Position numbers and translations under genes: made by a program
Notes under the pieces: model-generated
Seen by the model: only the letters and a program-made list of their open reading frames with translations
What the model was told of the DNA's origin: nothing
Database searches by the model: none
Shown here: piece after piece, positions 27,432 to 35,183 of the stretch
Position numbering within the stretch: the first letter of the stretch is position 1
How the letters are laid out: each line of letters starts with the position of its first letter
Assembly: GCA_051006935.1 (NCBI GenBank)
Contig: JBPCSR010000172.1
Span: forward strand, 1-47,559
Length of the DNA: 47,559 nt
Reading direction: 5' to 3'
Source: Gaiellales bacterium
GTDB lineage: Bacteria; Actinomycetota; Thermoleophilia; Gaiellales; F1-60-MAGs149

Positions 27432-28145
27432 CTACGCGCGGGCGCGCGCCTGCGCCACGAGCTCGGCGAAGAGCGCCTGCTGCTCGGGCTCGTGCATCTT
27501 CTCCGGGTGCCACTGCACGCCGATCATCGGCCAGTCGGTGCCGCTCTCGAGCGCCTCCACGACCTGGCCGACCTGCGCGGTCACCACGAGGTCGCCCGCG
27601 TCGACGACGGCCTGGTGGTGGATCGAGTTGACCGGGAACGTGGTGCGGCCCATCGCGTCGGCGATGCGCGAGTCGAGGGCGAGGTGGACGTCGTGACGGC
27701 TGCCCATCAGCGCCTCGGGCGTGTGCGCGATCAGCGGGTGCCCGTGCTCGGCCTGCAGGTCCTGCACCATCCGCCCGCCGGACACGACGGCGAGCGCCTG
27801 CATGCCGCGGCAGATCCCGAGCGTGGGGAGGCGCCGCTCGCGCGCGCCGCGGGCCAAGGCGAGCTCCCAGGCGTCGGCGCCCGCGTTCGCGTCCTCGAGC
27901 TCCGTCTCGGTCTCCGCGCCGTAGTGCGACGGGTCGAGGTCGCCGCCGCCGGTCAGCACGAGGCCGTCGAGCAGGTCGAGGACGGCCTCGGGGTCCTCGT
28001 TGTGCGGGATGATCAGCGGCAGTCCGCCCGCCCGCGTGATGCCGTCGGCGTAGTTCGGGTCGAGCGTGTAGAGGTCGGTCTGCTCGCCGAGGTACGTCGG
28101 CAGGTCGCGCCGGAACGCGGTGAGGCCGATGACGGGCGCGCGCAT
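27432..28145 (-). CDS. Gamma-glutamyl-amide hydrolase (PuuD-like, peptidase C26 / class-I amidotransferase fold)
   Basis: 237 aa. Nucleophile elbow GICRGMQ, His motif VQWHPE, N-terminal IGLT...Y pattern. Confidence 0.8.
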   Translation of the reverse strand: MRAPVIGLTAFRRDLPTYLGEQTDLYTLDPNYADGITRAGGLPLIIPHNEDPEAVLDLLDGLVLTGGGDLDPSHYGAETETELEDANAGADAWELALARGARERRLPTLGICRGMQALAVVSGGRMVQDLQAEHGHPLIAHTPEALMGSRHDVHLALDSRIADAMGRTTFPVNSIHHQAVVDAGDLVVTAQVGQVVEALESGTDWPMIGVQWHPEKMHEPEQQALFAELVAQARARA

Positions 28146-28151
28146 GCCGGC

Positions 28152-28157
28152 AGCGTA
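28152..28157 (-). promoter_or_regulatory. -10-like hexamer TACGCT, 6 nt upstream of the puuD-like ATG (leaderless-type)
   Basis: Minus strand reads TACGCT-gccggc-ATG, within the 16-nt gap after the SBP-fold gene. Confidence 0.5.
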
Positions 28158-28161
28158 GCCC

Positions 28162-28881
28162 CTAGCCGAGCGGCCACGGCAGGTCCGGCATGCAGCGCTC
28201 CCACACCGCTTGCAGCGAGCCGTCGCCGATGATCGTGGTGAGCGCGCCGTCGAGCGCCTCGCGCAGCGCGTCGTCGCCCCTGCGTACCGCGATGCCCCAC
28301 TGGTTGCGCGTCTCGACCGTGAAGGCGAGCCGGAGCTCGGGGTCGGCGTCGAGGGTGACCATCACCACGTCGTCGTCGACGAAGCCGTCGATCTCGCCGG
28401 CGCGCGTCGCGGCGATCATGTCGGCGTAGACGTCGTCGGAGGCGCCGTCGAACGGCACCGGGATGACGCCGGGGAACGTCTCCGTCAGGGTCATGTTCGT
28501 GCTCTCGGCGATCGCGCCGATGCGCCGGCCGGCGCACTCGAGCGGGTTGGCGATCGTGCTCTCGATGCGCGTCACGAGCGACTCGTTGAACACGGCGTAC
28601 GGGCGGGTGAAGTCGGCCAGCGTCCGGCGGTGGTCGGTGATGCCCTGGCCGCACCAGATGCCGTCGACGCGCCCCGCGTGGAGCGCCGGGTAGAACGCGC
28701 TCCACTCGAGCGGCACCCACGTCAGCTGCAGGCCGAGCTCCGCGGCGACGAGCGCCGCCGCCTCGGGCTCGTAGCCGGGGCGCGTGCCGTCGGGGCGCAG
28801 GAGGCCCATCAAGGGCATCGCGTCGATGTCGCCGCAGCCGAGCGTGAGCGCCCCTGCGGTGACCAGCGGCAGCGCGCTCAC
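28162..28881 (-). CDS. Solute-binding-protein-fold protein (SBP_bac_3-like) without signal peptide
   Basis: About 239 aa. Type-3 SBP pattern (...GYEPEAAALVAAELGLQLTWVPLEWSAFYPALHAGRVDGIW...FTRPY...). GTG start overlaps the stop of the GS-like gene (GTGA). No basic or hydrophobic export signal. Confidence 0.65.
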   Translation of the reverse strand: MSALPLVTAGALTLGCGDIDAMPLMGLLRPDGTRPGYEPEAAALVAAELGLQLTWVPLEWSAFYPALHAGRVDGIWCGQGITDHRRTLADFTRPYAVFNESLVTRIESTIANPLECAGRRIGAIAESTNMTLTETFPGVIPVPFDGASDDVYADMIAATRAGEIDGFVDDDVVMVTLDADPELRLAFTVETRNQWGIAVRRGDDALREALDGALTTIIGDGSLQAVWERCMPDLPWPLG

Positions 28882-30248
28882 GGGACCCAGCTCCGGTACA
28901 TCTCCATCTCCCAGTCCGTCACGGCGCCGCAGAAGCGCGCCCACTCGTCGCGCTTGAACTCCGCGTAGAGGCCGGCGAGGTCGTCGCCGAGCGCCCCGCG
29001 CACCCAGTCGCTCGCGGCGAAGCGCTCGATCGCGTCGCCGAGCGTGAGGGGGAGCGGGCTGAAGCGCTCCGGCCCCGGCACGCCCGGCTCGGGTGCGGGA
29101 CCCGGGTCGATGCCGCGCGCGAGGCCATCCTCCAGCGCGGCGGCGATCAGCGCGTGCGACAGATAGGGGTTGACGATCGAATCGGGCAGCTTCAGCTCGA
29201 GCCGGCCGCTGGCGGACACGCGCACGCTGCGGCTGCGGTCGTCGAGGCCCCAGTCCACGCGCGACGGCGCGAACTGGCCCGCATCCCAGTAGCGCTTGTA
29301 CGAGTTGACCGTGCTCGCGTAGACGGCCATCGACTCGGCCGCGTGCTCCAGCAGGCCGCCGAGCGCCGCCATCGCCGTGTCGGTGATGTGCAGCTCGCGC
29401 CGGCCGGGCTCGGCGAAGACGTTCTGGCCGTCCTTCCAGAGCGACAGGTTGTGGTGGCAGCCGTTGCCCATGATCCCGACGGTGGGCTTGGGCATGAACG
29501 TCACCTCGATCGCCAGCTCCCGCGCCACCTGGGCGCAGATCTGCCGGTAGGTGATGAGGCGGTCGGCGGTCAGGTCGGCGCGGTCGAACATGAAGTTCAG
29601 CTCGAGCTGGCCGGCGTCCTCGTAATCGCCCTCGATCATGTCGATCCCCATCGCGCGGGCGTAGCGCACCACGCGCTGGTAGATCTCGCGGACGAGCTCC
29701 AGCGAGCCGACGTGGTACGCGGTGCTCACGCCGGGCCGTGCCACGGGGTCGTAGCCGGGGCCCGTCCACGTGATCTCGGGCTCCGTGCCCGTCTTGAGCT
29801 CGTAGCCCGTGCGCTCCTCCAGGCCGGCCACCGCGCGGCGCAGGACGCCGCGGCAGTCGGTCGACAGCGGGGCGCCGGGGTCGCGGTGGCTGTCGTCGCG
29901 ACGGTACAGGGTGCACATGAAGCGCCCGATGCTCGGCTCCCAGGGCAGCACCTCGAAGGTGTCGGCATCGGGCATGACGTTGAACTCCTCGGCCGCGATG
30001 CCGCCGCCGAACAGCTCGCCGTGTCGGTCCGCGGCGACGTCGGCGATCGCGGAGCCGTGGAACTGCACGCCCTTCTCGAGGCTCCGCCTGAGGTGGCCGG
30101 CGGGGACCATCTTCGCCAGCACGCGGCCGTTGATCGTGACGAACTGGCAGTAGATGAACTCGACGTTCGCCTGCTTGACGCGCGCGGCGAGGTCGTCGGC
30201 CGCCTTGGCGTTCGCCTCGCGGTGGGTGGTCAGCGCGTCGGTCATCAT
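28878..30248 (-). CDS. Glutamine-synthetase-family ligase (gamma-glutamyl-amine synthetase-like; PuuA/GlnA3/IpuC type)
   Basis: About 456 aa with GS beta-grasp and catalytic domains (EPE, GQLELNF, NGCHHNLSLW, NSYKR). GAGGAGG lies before the ATG, and the ATG overlaps the P450 stop (ATGA). Distinct from the housekeeping glnA at 40952. Confidence 0.8.
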   Translation of the reverse strand: MMTDALTTHREANAKAADDLAARVKQANVEFIYCQFVTINGRVLAKMVPAGHLRRSLEKGVQFHGSAIADVAADRHGELFGGGIAAEEFNVMPDADTFEVLPWEPSIGRFMCTLYRRDDSHRDPGAPLSTDCRGVLRRAVAGLEERTGYELKTGTEPEITWTGPGYDPVARPGVSTAYHVGSLELVREIYQRVVRYARAMGIDMIEGDYEDAGQLELNFMFDRADLTADRLITYRQICAQVARELAIEVTFMPKPTVGIMGNGCHHNLSLWKDGQNVFAEPGRRELHITDTAMAALGGLLEHAAESMAVYASTVNSYKRYWDAGQFAPSRVDWGLDDRSRSVRVSASGRLELKLPDSIVNPYLSHALIAAALEDGLARGIDPGPAPEPGVPGPERFSPLPLTLGDAIERFAASDWVRGALGDDLAGLYAEFKRDEWARFCGAVTDWEMEMYRSWVP

Positions 30249-31462
30249 GCCTCCTCGCGGTCCCAGGCGATCACCTGGCGCACGGGCCCGGTGTTGCCCG
30301 AATCGGGCAGCCATTCGACCTCCTCCGCGTAGCGCAGGCCCGGCAGGCGCTGCGCGAGGAGCGCGAGCGCCTCGGTCATGTCGCCGCGGGCGATGAAGTG
30401 CCCGAGGCAGTAGTGGCGGCCGCCGCCGAAGCCGAAGTGCTTGGGACGGTCGTCCTTGGCGATGTCGAAGGCCGGATCGGGCACGGCGCGCGGATCGGTG
30501 CCGCTCGACTCCGTGAAGAGGTGGATCGTCGTGCCCTGCGGGACGAAGATGCCGTCGAGCTCGAGGTCCTCGGCGGCCTCACGCGTGATCCACGTCGTCG
30601 TGGGGCGCATGCGCATGACCTCCTCGACGGCGTTCGCGGCGAGCTCGGGTCGCTCGCGCAGCAGCTGCCACTGCTCCGGGTGGCGCACGAACAGGTCGAT
30701 CGCGAGGCCGAGCTGGTTGCGTGTCGTGTCGATGCCGCCCTGGAACAGCAGGATCACGGTGTCGCGCAGCTCGACGTCGCTGAGGCGGTCGCCGTCCTCG
30801 TTCGCATCGACGAGCGTCTGCAGGAAGTCCTCCTTCGGCGCGGCCCGACGCTCGGCGATCAGGCCGTCGGCGTAGACGCCCATCTGCTCGAGGCCCCACT
30901 CGACCTCGTCGAGGCGCTCCTTGGCGGCGATCGAGAGCGCGAGGCTCATCTTCTCGGCGTAGAGGGCGAGGTCCTCCCAGTTCCCGTCATCGACGCCGAG
31001 CAGGCGGCAGATCACGCGCGTCGCGTACGGCTCGGAGAACTGGTGCATGAACTCGCACTGGCCGTCGTCGATGAAGCCGTCGATCAGCTCGCTCGCCAGG
31101 TCCTGGAACTTCGGCACGAGCCCCTCGACGTGGCGCGAGGCGAACGCGGGGTTGACGAGCTTGCGCAGGCGCACGTGCTCGGCGCCCTCCTTGTTGAGCA
31201 CGATGTTCGCCCACCAGCGGGCCCAGTCGCCGGTGATGCCGTTGTGCTCACTCCAGCGGGCGCTGCCCTGGATCAGGCGCTTGTCGTTGACGAGCCGGCT
31301 GACGTCCTCGTAGCGGAGGACGGCGAGGCCGTAGGGCGTGCGCGCGTACGGGCCGGCGTCACGCGCGGCGCGGACCGGCGCCGAGCGCACGGAGAAGGCG
31401 AGGTCGTTGACGTCGAAGAACGGCAGGTCGGGCGCGTCGATGGGGGATGCGGTCGTGGCCAT
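30245..31462 (-). CDS. Cytochrome P450 monooxygenase
   Basis: 405 aa. I-helix GGIDTT, ExxR (EEVMRMR), heme loop FGFGGGRHYCLG. Confidence 0.9.
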   Translation of the reverse strand: MATTASPIDAPDLPFFDVNDLAFSVRSAPVRAARDAGPYARTPYGLAVLRYEDVSRLVNDKRLIQGSARWSEHNGITGDWARWWANIVLNKEGAEHVRLRKLVNPAFASRHVEGLVPKFQDLASELIDGFIDDGQCEFMHQFSEPYATRVICRLLGVDDGNWEDLALYAEKMSLALSIAAKERLDEVEWGLEQMGVYADGLIAERRAAPKEDFLQTLVDANEDGDRLSDVELRDTVILLFQGGIDTTRNQLGLAIDLFVRHPEQWQLLRERPELAANAVEEVMRMRPTTTWITREAAEDLELDGIFVPQGTTIHLFTESSGTDPRAVPDPAFDIAKDDRPKHFGFGGGRHYCLGHFIARGDMTEALALLAQRLPGLRYAEEVEWLPDSGNTGPVRQVIAWDREEA

Positions 31463-31466
31463 GCGT

Positions 31467-31489
31467 GGGACTCTACTCCGCAGAGTTCC
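31467..31489. promoter_or_regulatory. Palindromic operator O1 (GGGACTC-N9-GAGTTCC) overlapping the P450 -10 hexamer
   Basis: It fills the 31-nt gap between the gntR stop and the P450 ATG. The minus strand reads TAGAGT-cccacgc-ATG, so the -10 (31470-31475) lies inside the palindrome. Near-identical copy at 32237-32259. Confidence 0.6.
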
Positions 31490-31493
31490 AGCG

Positions 31494-32234
31494 TCAAGCC
31501 CGCGGGGCCAGGCGTCCGAGATGCAGACCGACGATCCAGTCGTACGTCGCCTCGATGTGGGCGGTCATGGCGTCACGGGCCTCGGCCGGGCGCGCCTGGA
31601 GGATCGCGGCCAGGATCGGCGTGTGGCCCATCGTGGACGCGCGCACCGCCTCCGTCGAGGCGTGACCCGGCAGGGAACCCAGGATCTCGCCGAACTCGGC
31701 CTGCACCGCCGTCTCGGCGTTGACGAGCCGCAGGCTGCCCGTCACCTCGGCGACGGCGAGGTGGAAGCCGGCGTCGGCCAGCCGGTAGTCGGCGAAGGCG
31801 CCGAAGGCAGCGGCCTCGGCGACGGCCGCGGCGTCGGCGATGCGCGTCCGCTCCGCATCGCCCGCACGCTGGGCCGCGAGATAGGCCGCCTCGCCGGCGA
31901 CGGCGCGGCGCCAATCGACGAGGTCGCGCAGTTCGGACGCGGTGGGGATGCGCTGCGCCTTGCCGAGCGGCTCGCCGATGTCCTCGACGACGTACGTGCC
32001 GGCGTTGCGCCCACGGCGGGTCTCGACGTAGCCCGCGTCGCGCAGGATCTTGAGCGCCTGGCGCAGCGTCATCGGCGCGACGTCGAGGCGCTCCGCCAGC
32101 TCCAGCTCCGGCGGCAGGCGCTCGCCGGGCGCGAGGATGCCCGAGCCGATCGCCTCGCCGAGGCGGCGGACGATGCGCTCGACGGCGCCCTCCACCTGAA
32201 GCGGCGCGAATACGGTGTCGCGTGCGGTCGCCAT
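31494..32234 (-). CDS. GntR-family transcriptional regulator (FadR/FCD subfamily)
   Basis: About 246 aa. wHTH LPPELELAERLDVAPMTLRQALKILRDAGYVETRRGRNAGTYV and an all-helical C-terminal domain. Start taken at MATARDTVF. Confidence 0.85.
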   Translation of the reverse strand: MATARDTVFAPLQVEGAVERIVRRLGEAIGSGILAPGERLPPELELAERLDVAPMTLRQALKILRDAGYVETRRGRNAGTYVVEDIGEPLGKAQRIPTASELRDLVDWRRAVAGEAAYLAAQRAGDAERTRIADAAAVAEAAAFGAFADYRLADAGFHLAVAEVTGSLRLVNAETAVQAEFGEILGSLPGHASTEAVRASTMGHTPILAAILQARPAEARDAMTAHIEATYDWIVGLHLGRLAPRA

Positions 32235-32236
32235 CT

Positions 32237-32259
32237 GGAACTCCACGGAGCAGAGTACC
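32237..32259. promoter_or_regulatory. Palindromic operator O2 (GGAACTC-N9-GAGTACC) immediately upstream of the gntR ATG
   Basis: Same 7-9-7 architecture as O1. Its reverse complement matches O1 at 18 of 23 positions. Confidence 0.6.
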
Positions 32260-32287
32260 CGACGGCGGATCAGCGCGCCGGCTGGCG

Positions 32288-32293
32288 TACCCT
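32288..32293 (+). promoter_or_regulatory. -10-like hexamer TACCCT, 6 nt upstream of the era GTG (leaderless-type)
   Basis: TACCCT-gccggg-GTG. Confidence 0.45.
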
Positions 32294-32299
32294 GCCGGG

Positions 32300-33184
32300 G
32301 TGGAGCAGCGCTGCGCACTGATCGGCCTGGCCGGCCGGCCGAACGTCGGCAAGTCGACGCTCGTCAACGCGATCGTGGGCGAGCACGTGACGATCACGTC
32401 GAGCCGCCCGCAGACGACGCGGCGGCGCATCGCCGGGATCGCCCACGGCGACGGCTGGCAGCTCGTGCTCGCCGACCTGCCGGGGATCCAGATCCCGCGC
32501 GACGGCCTCACGCGCCGCATGGCCGACAGCGTCGCGGAGACGCTGTCCGACGTCGACCTCGTGCTGCTCGTGCTCGACGGCACGCAGGCGGTCGGCGGCG
32601 GCGATCGCGCCAGCGCCGAGGCGGCCTTCGCGGCCGGCGTGCCGGTGATCGTCGTCGTCAACAAGACCGACGGCATGGACCCGGCGCGCATCGCGGAGGC
32701 GATGCAGGCGGCGGCGGAGCTCGGCCCGTTCGCGGAGCTCCATCCCGTGTCGGCGAAGACGGGGGACGGCGTGGAGGCGCTCGCCGCGGACCTCGTCCGC
32801 CTCGCGCCGGAGGGTCCGCCGCTGTTCCCGGAGGAGGCGCGCTCGTCCGACCCCGTCCGCCTGCAGATCGCGGAGCGCATCCGCGAGCAGGCGCTGCGCC
32901 GCCTGCGCGATGAGGTCCCGCACGCGCTGACGGTCGTCGTCGACGAATACGAGCCGCCGACGCGCCGGCGCGCGGCCCGGATCGAGGCCTCGATCTACGT
33001 GGAGTCCAAGTCGCAGCAGGGGATCGTGATCGGCGCGGGCGGGCAGATGATCCGCGACATCGGCACGGCGGCCCGGCCCGGCATCGAGCGGATCGTCGGC
33101 GGCAAGGCGATGCTCGACCTGCGGGTGCGGACGCAGCGCGGCTGGCGCGACGACCCGGCGCTGCTCGACCGTCTCGGCCCCTAG
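32300..33184 (+). CDS. era: GTPase Era
   Basis: About 294 aa. G1 GRPNVGKST, G3 DLPG, G4 NKTD, C-terminal KH domain. Start chosen at GTG 32300 (VEQRCALIG). Confidence 0.88.
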   Translation: MEQRCALIGLAGRPNVGKSTLVNAIVGEHVTITSSRPQTTRRRIAGIAHGDGWQLVLADLPGIQIPRDGLTRRMADSVAETLSDVDLVLLVLDGTQAVGGGDRASAEAAFAAGVPVIVVVNKTDGMDPARIAEAMQAAAELGPFAELHPVSAKTGDGVEALAADLVRLAPEGPPLFPEEARSSDPVRLQIAERIREQALRRLRDEVPHALTVVVDEYEPPTRRRAARIEASIYVESKSQQGIVIGAGGQMIRDIGTAARPGIERIVGGKAMLDLRVRTQRGWRDDPALLDRLGP

Positions 33185-33187
33185 GGC

Positions 33188-34429
33188 CTACGGCTGGCCG
33201 TTGGTGCCTTCGAACACGCCCGGCGTGTAGACGCACTGGGCGTTCCAGAGCAGCCAGCCGCTCGCGCCGGTGCGGTCGGCGGCGGCGATCTGGGCCTTGA
33301 CCTCCGGGAGGCCGTACGGGATGCCGCCGAGCGTGAAGTCCTGCAGCCACGGGCGGATCTGCACCGTGCCGCCGTTCGTCTTGCGCCGCCAGTCCGACAG
33401 CGCCGCGGCGATCGTGGGCCCCGGCGTGTCGCCCGGCTTCGGGATGCCGAACTGCCCGTCGGTGAAGTGCGAGGGGTAGACCATCGGGTAGACGGCGTCG
33501 AGCGTGTTGCGGAGCTTGCCGGGCCACTGGCCGATGCCGAGGTCGTCCGTTGCGGCGAGGCCGAACATGGCCGCCGAGACGTGGACGCCGAGCGGCTTGA
33601 GTTCGCTGCTCGCGCGCTTCAGGAACGAGGTGATCGTGTCCTGGCGGGGGCGGCCCGGGTCGTGGAAGACCATGTCGGTCGCGTTGCCGTCGGTCGGGTA
33701 GCGGACGTAGTCGAACATGACCTCGTCGAAGCCGAGCTCCGCCGCGTACTTGGCGACGTCGATCGGGTACTCCCACGCCTTCTCGTTGGTCGGGTCGAGC
33801 CAGGTGATGCCGAGGTTGTTCTTCCAGAGGCCGCCGCTGCGGTTGTGCACGGCGAGCGAGGGATCCGCGTTCGGCGCGTACCCGTCTTGGAAGGTGACGA
33901 TGCGCGCGATCGTGTACAGACCCGCATCGTGGGCGCGGCGGAGCACCTTGACGGGGTCGTAGATGTCCATCTGCGCGCCGTCCTTCTTGGCCAGCGGGAT
34001 CGGCGTCGAGAAGGCGATCTCGCCGCGCTCGTCCTTGACGTCGATCTGGATGGCGTTCATGCCGACCTTGGGGTCCGCGAGCGCCATGATCGGCTCGAAC
34101 AGGCTCGCGGTCGCCACGGCGTAGCTCGTGACGTGCACGCCGCGGACGTTCTCGGGCATGGCGACGCGTCCGCCGACGGCCTGCTCGGCGGCGCTCTGCC
34201 GCGGCGTCGTCGTGGTGGTCGTCGCGCGCGCCTTGCGCGGGCCGCTGCCACCCTGGCTCCAGGTGAACGCGAAGGCCGCGATCGCGACGGGAAGCAGCAG
34301 GATCGCGACGGCGATCATGCGGCGACGTCGCTGCTGCGCGCGGGCCGAGGCGCGCTGCTTCGCGCGCCGCGAATTGCGGAGCGCCTCCTGGTGCGCGTCG
34401 TAGCGCCGTTGATCGCGGAAATCGGTCAT
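33188..34429 (-). CDS. Membrane-anchored putative glycoside hydrolase (DUF4015/GHL-type TIM barrel)
   Basis: About 413 aa. Basic cytoplasmic N-terminus, one TM (MIAVAILLLPVAIAAF), then ...VRGVHVT...NAIQIDVKDE.G...FDEVMFDYVRYP, typical of this family. Confidence 0.65.
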   Translation of the reverse strand: MTDFRDQRRYDAHQEALRNSRRAKQRASARAQQRRRRMIAVAILLLPVAIAAFAFTWSQGGSGPRKARATTTTTTPRQSAAEQAVGGRVAMPENVRGVHVTSYAVATASLFEPIMALADPKVGMNAIQIDVKDERGEIAFSTPIPLAKKDGAQMDIYDPVKVLRRAHDAGLYTIARIVTFQDGYAPNADPSLAVHNRSGGLWKNNLGITWLDPTNEKAWEYPIDVAKYAAELGFDEVMFDYVRYPTDGNATDMVFHDPGRPRQDTITSFLKRASSELKPLGVHVSAAMFGLAATDDLGIGQWPGKLRNTLDAVYPMVYPSHFTDGQFGIPKPGDTPGPTIAAALSDWRRKTNGGTVQIRPWLQDFTLGGIPYGLPEVKAQIAAADRTGASGWLLWNAQCVYTPGVFEGTNGQP

Positions 34430-34496
34430 CGGATCAGCGTCGAATGGTAGACGAAGCGCGGTGGCCGGGGCAGCGGCCGGGATCACCCTCTGCGGG

Positions 34497-34502
34497 TAGG
34501 CT
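34497..34502 (+). promoter_or_regulatory. -10-like hexamer TAGGCT, 6 nt upstream of the deoC-like ATG (leaderless-type)
   Basis: TAGGCT-gcgcgc-ATG. Confidence 0.5.
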
Positions 34503-34508
34503 GCGCGC

Positions 34509-35180
34509 ATGACGCGACGCACCGGCGACATCGCCAAGTCGATCGAGCTGATGCTGCTCCGCCCCCGCGTCATGCCCGGCGAGTGCGCGGCGTTCTGCGA
34601 GCAGGCCGCAGCGGCGCACGTCGCCGCGGTCTGCGTGCCGCCGACGCACGTCGAGACGGCCGTCGGCGTCCTGCGCGGCGGCGACGTGAAGGTCGTGGCG
34701 CTGATCTCGCATCCGTTCGGCGCGGATCTTCCGGAGATCAAGGCGCGGGCGTGCCGGCGGGCGATCGAGGGCGGTGCGCAGGAGGTGGAGATCGCGGTCG
34801 ATCTGGCGCGCTTCGCCGGCGGCGACCCGAATCACGTGCGCGACGAGCTGCGGCTGTGCGCCGCGGCCGCGCGCGACGCCGATGCGGAGGCGCTCGTCCG
34901 CGGCGTGATCGACACGGCGGCCTTCGACGATCGCACGCTCCGCCTGCTCGCGCGCGCGGTGGCGGCCGCCGACGTGGACATGCTCGTCACCTCGACGGGC
35001 CTCGCGCCGGAGCCGGACGACGTCCTCGACGTCGAGCTGATGCGCGAGGAGGTCGGCGCGGCGATCGGGGTCAAGGCCGTGCGCGGGGCGCGCGGGCTGG
35101 ACGAGGTCGCCGCGCTGCTGGCCGCTGGCGCGTCACGCGTCGGGACCGCCTCGGCGGAGCTGCTCGAGCTGCGCGGGTAG
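34509..35180 (+). CDS. Deoxyribose-phosphate-aldolase-like protein (DeoC fold) lacking the Schiff-base lysine
   Basis: 223 aa, collinear with class-I DERA. However, the FVKTSTG motif reads MLVTSTG (K to V), DMV reads EIA, the KVI(I/L)E lysine is R, and the K-x-SGG phosphate loop reads KAVRG. Confidence 0.65.
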   Translation: MTRRTGDIAKSIELMLLRPRVMPGECAAFCEQAAAAHVAAVCVPPTHVETAVGVLRGGDVKVVALISHPFGADLPEIKARACRRAIEGGAQEVEIAVDLARFAGGDPNHVRDELRLCAAAARDADAEALVRGVIDTAAFDDRTLRLLARAVAAADVDMLVTSTGLAPEPDDVLDVELMREEVGAAIGVKAVRGARGLDEVAALLAAGASRVGTASAELLELRG

Positions 35181-35183
35181 GCG

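Noticed and set aside
28810-28881. Lipoprotein signal (LTLGC) at the N-terminus of the SBP-fold protein
   Set aside because: There is no positively charged n-region, the preceding hydrophobic stretch is short, and the residues before Cys (T-L-G) fit the lipobox poorly. The start is fixed by the GTGA overlap with the ligase gene.
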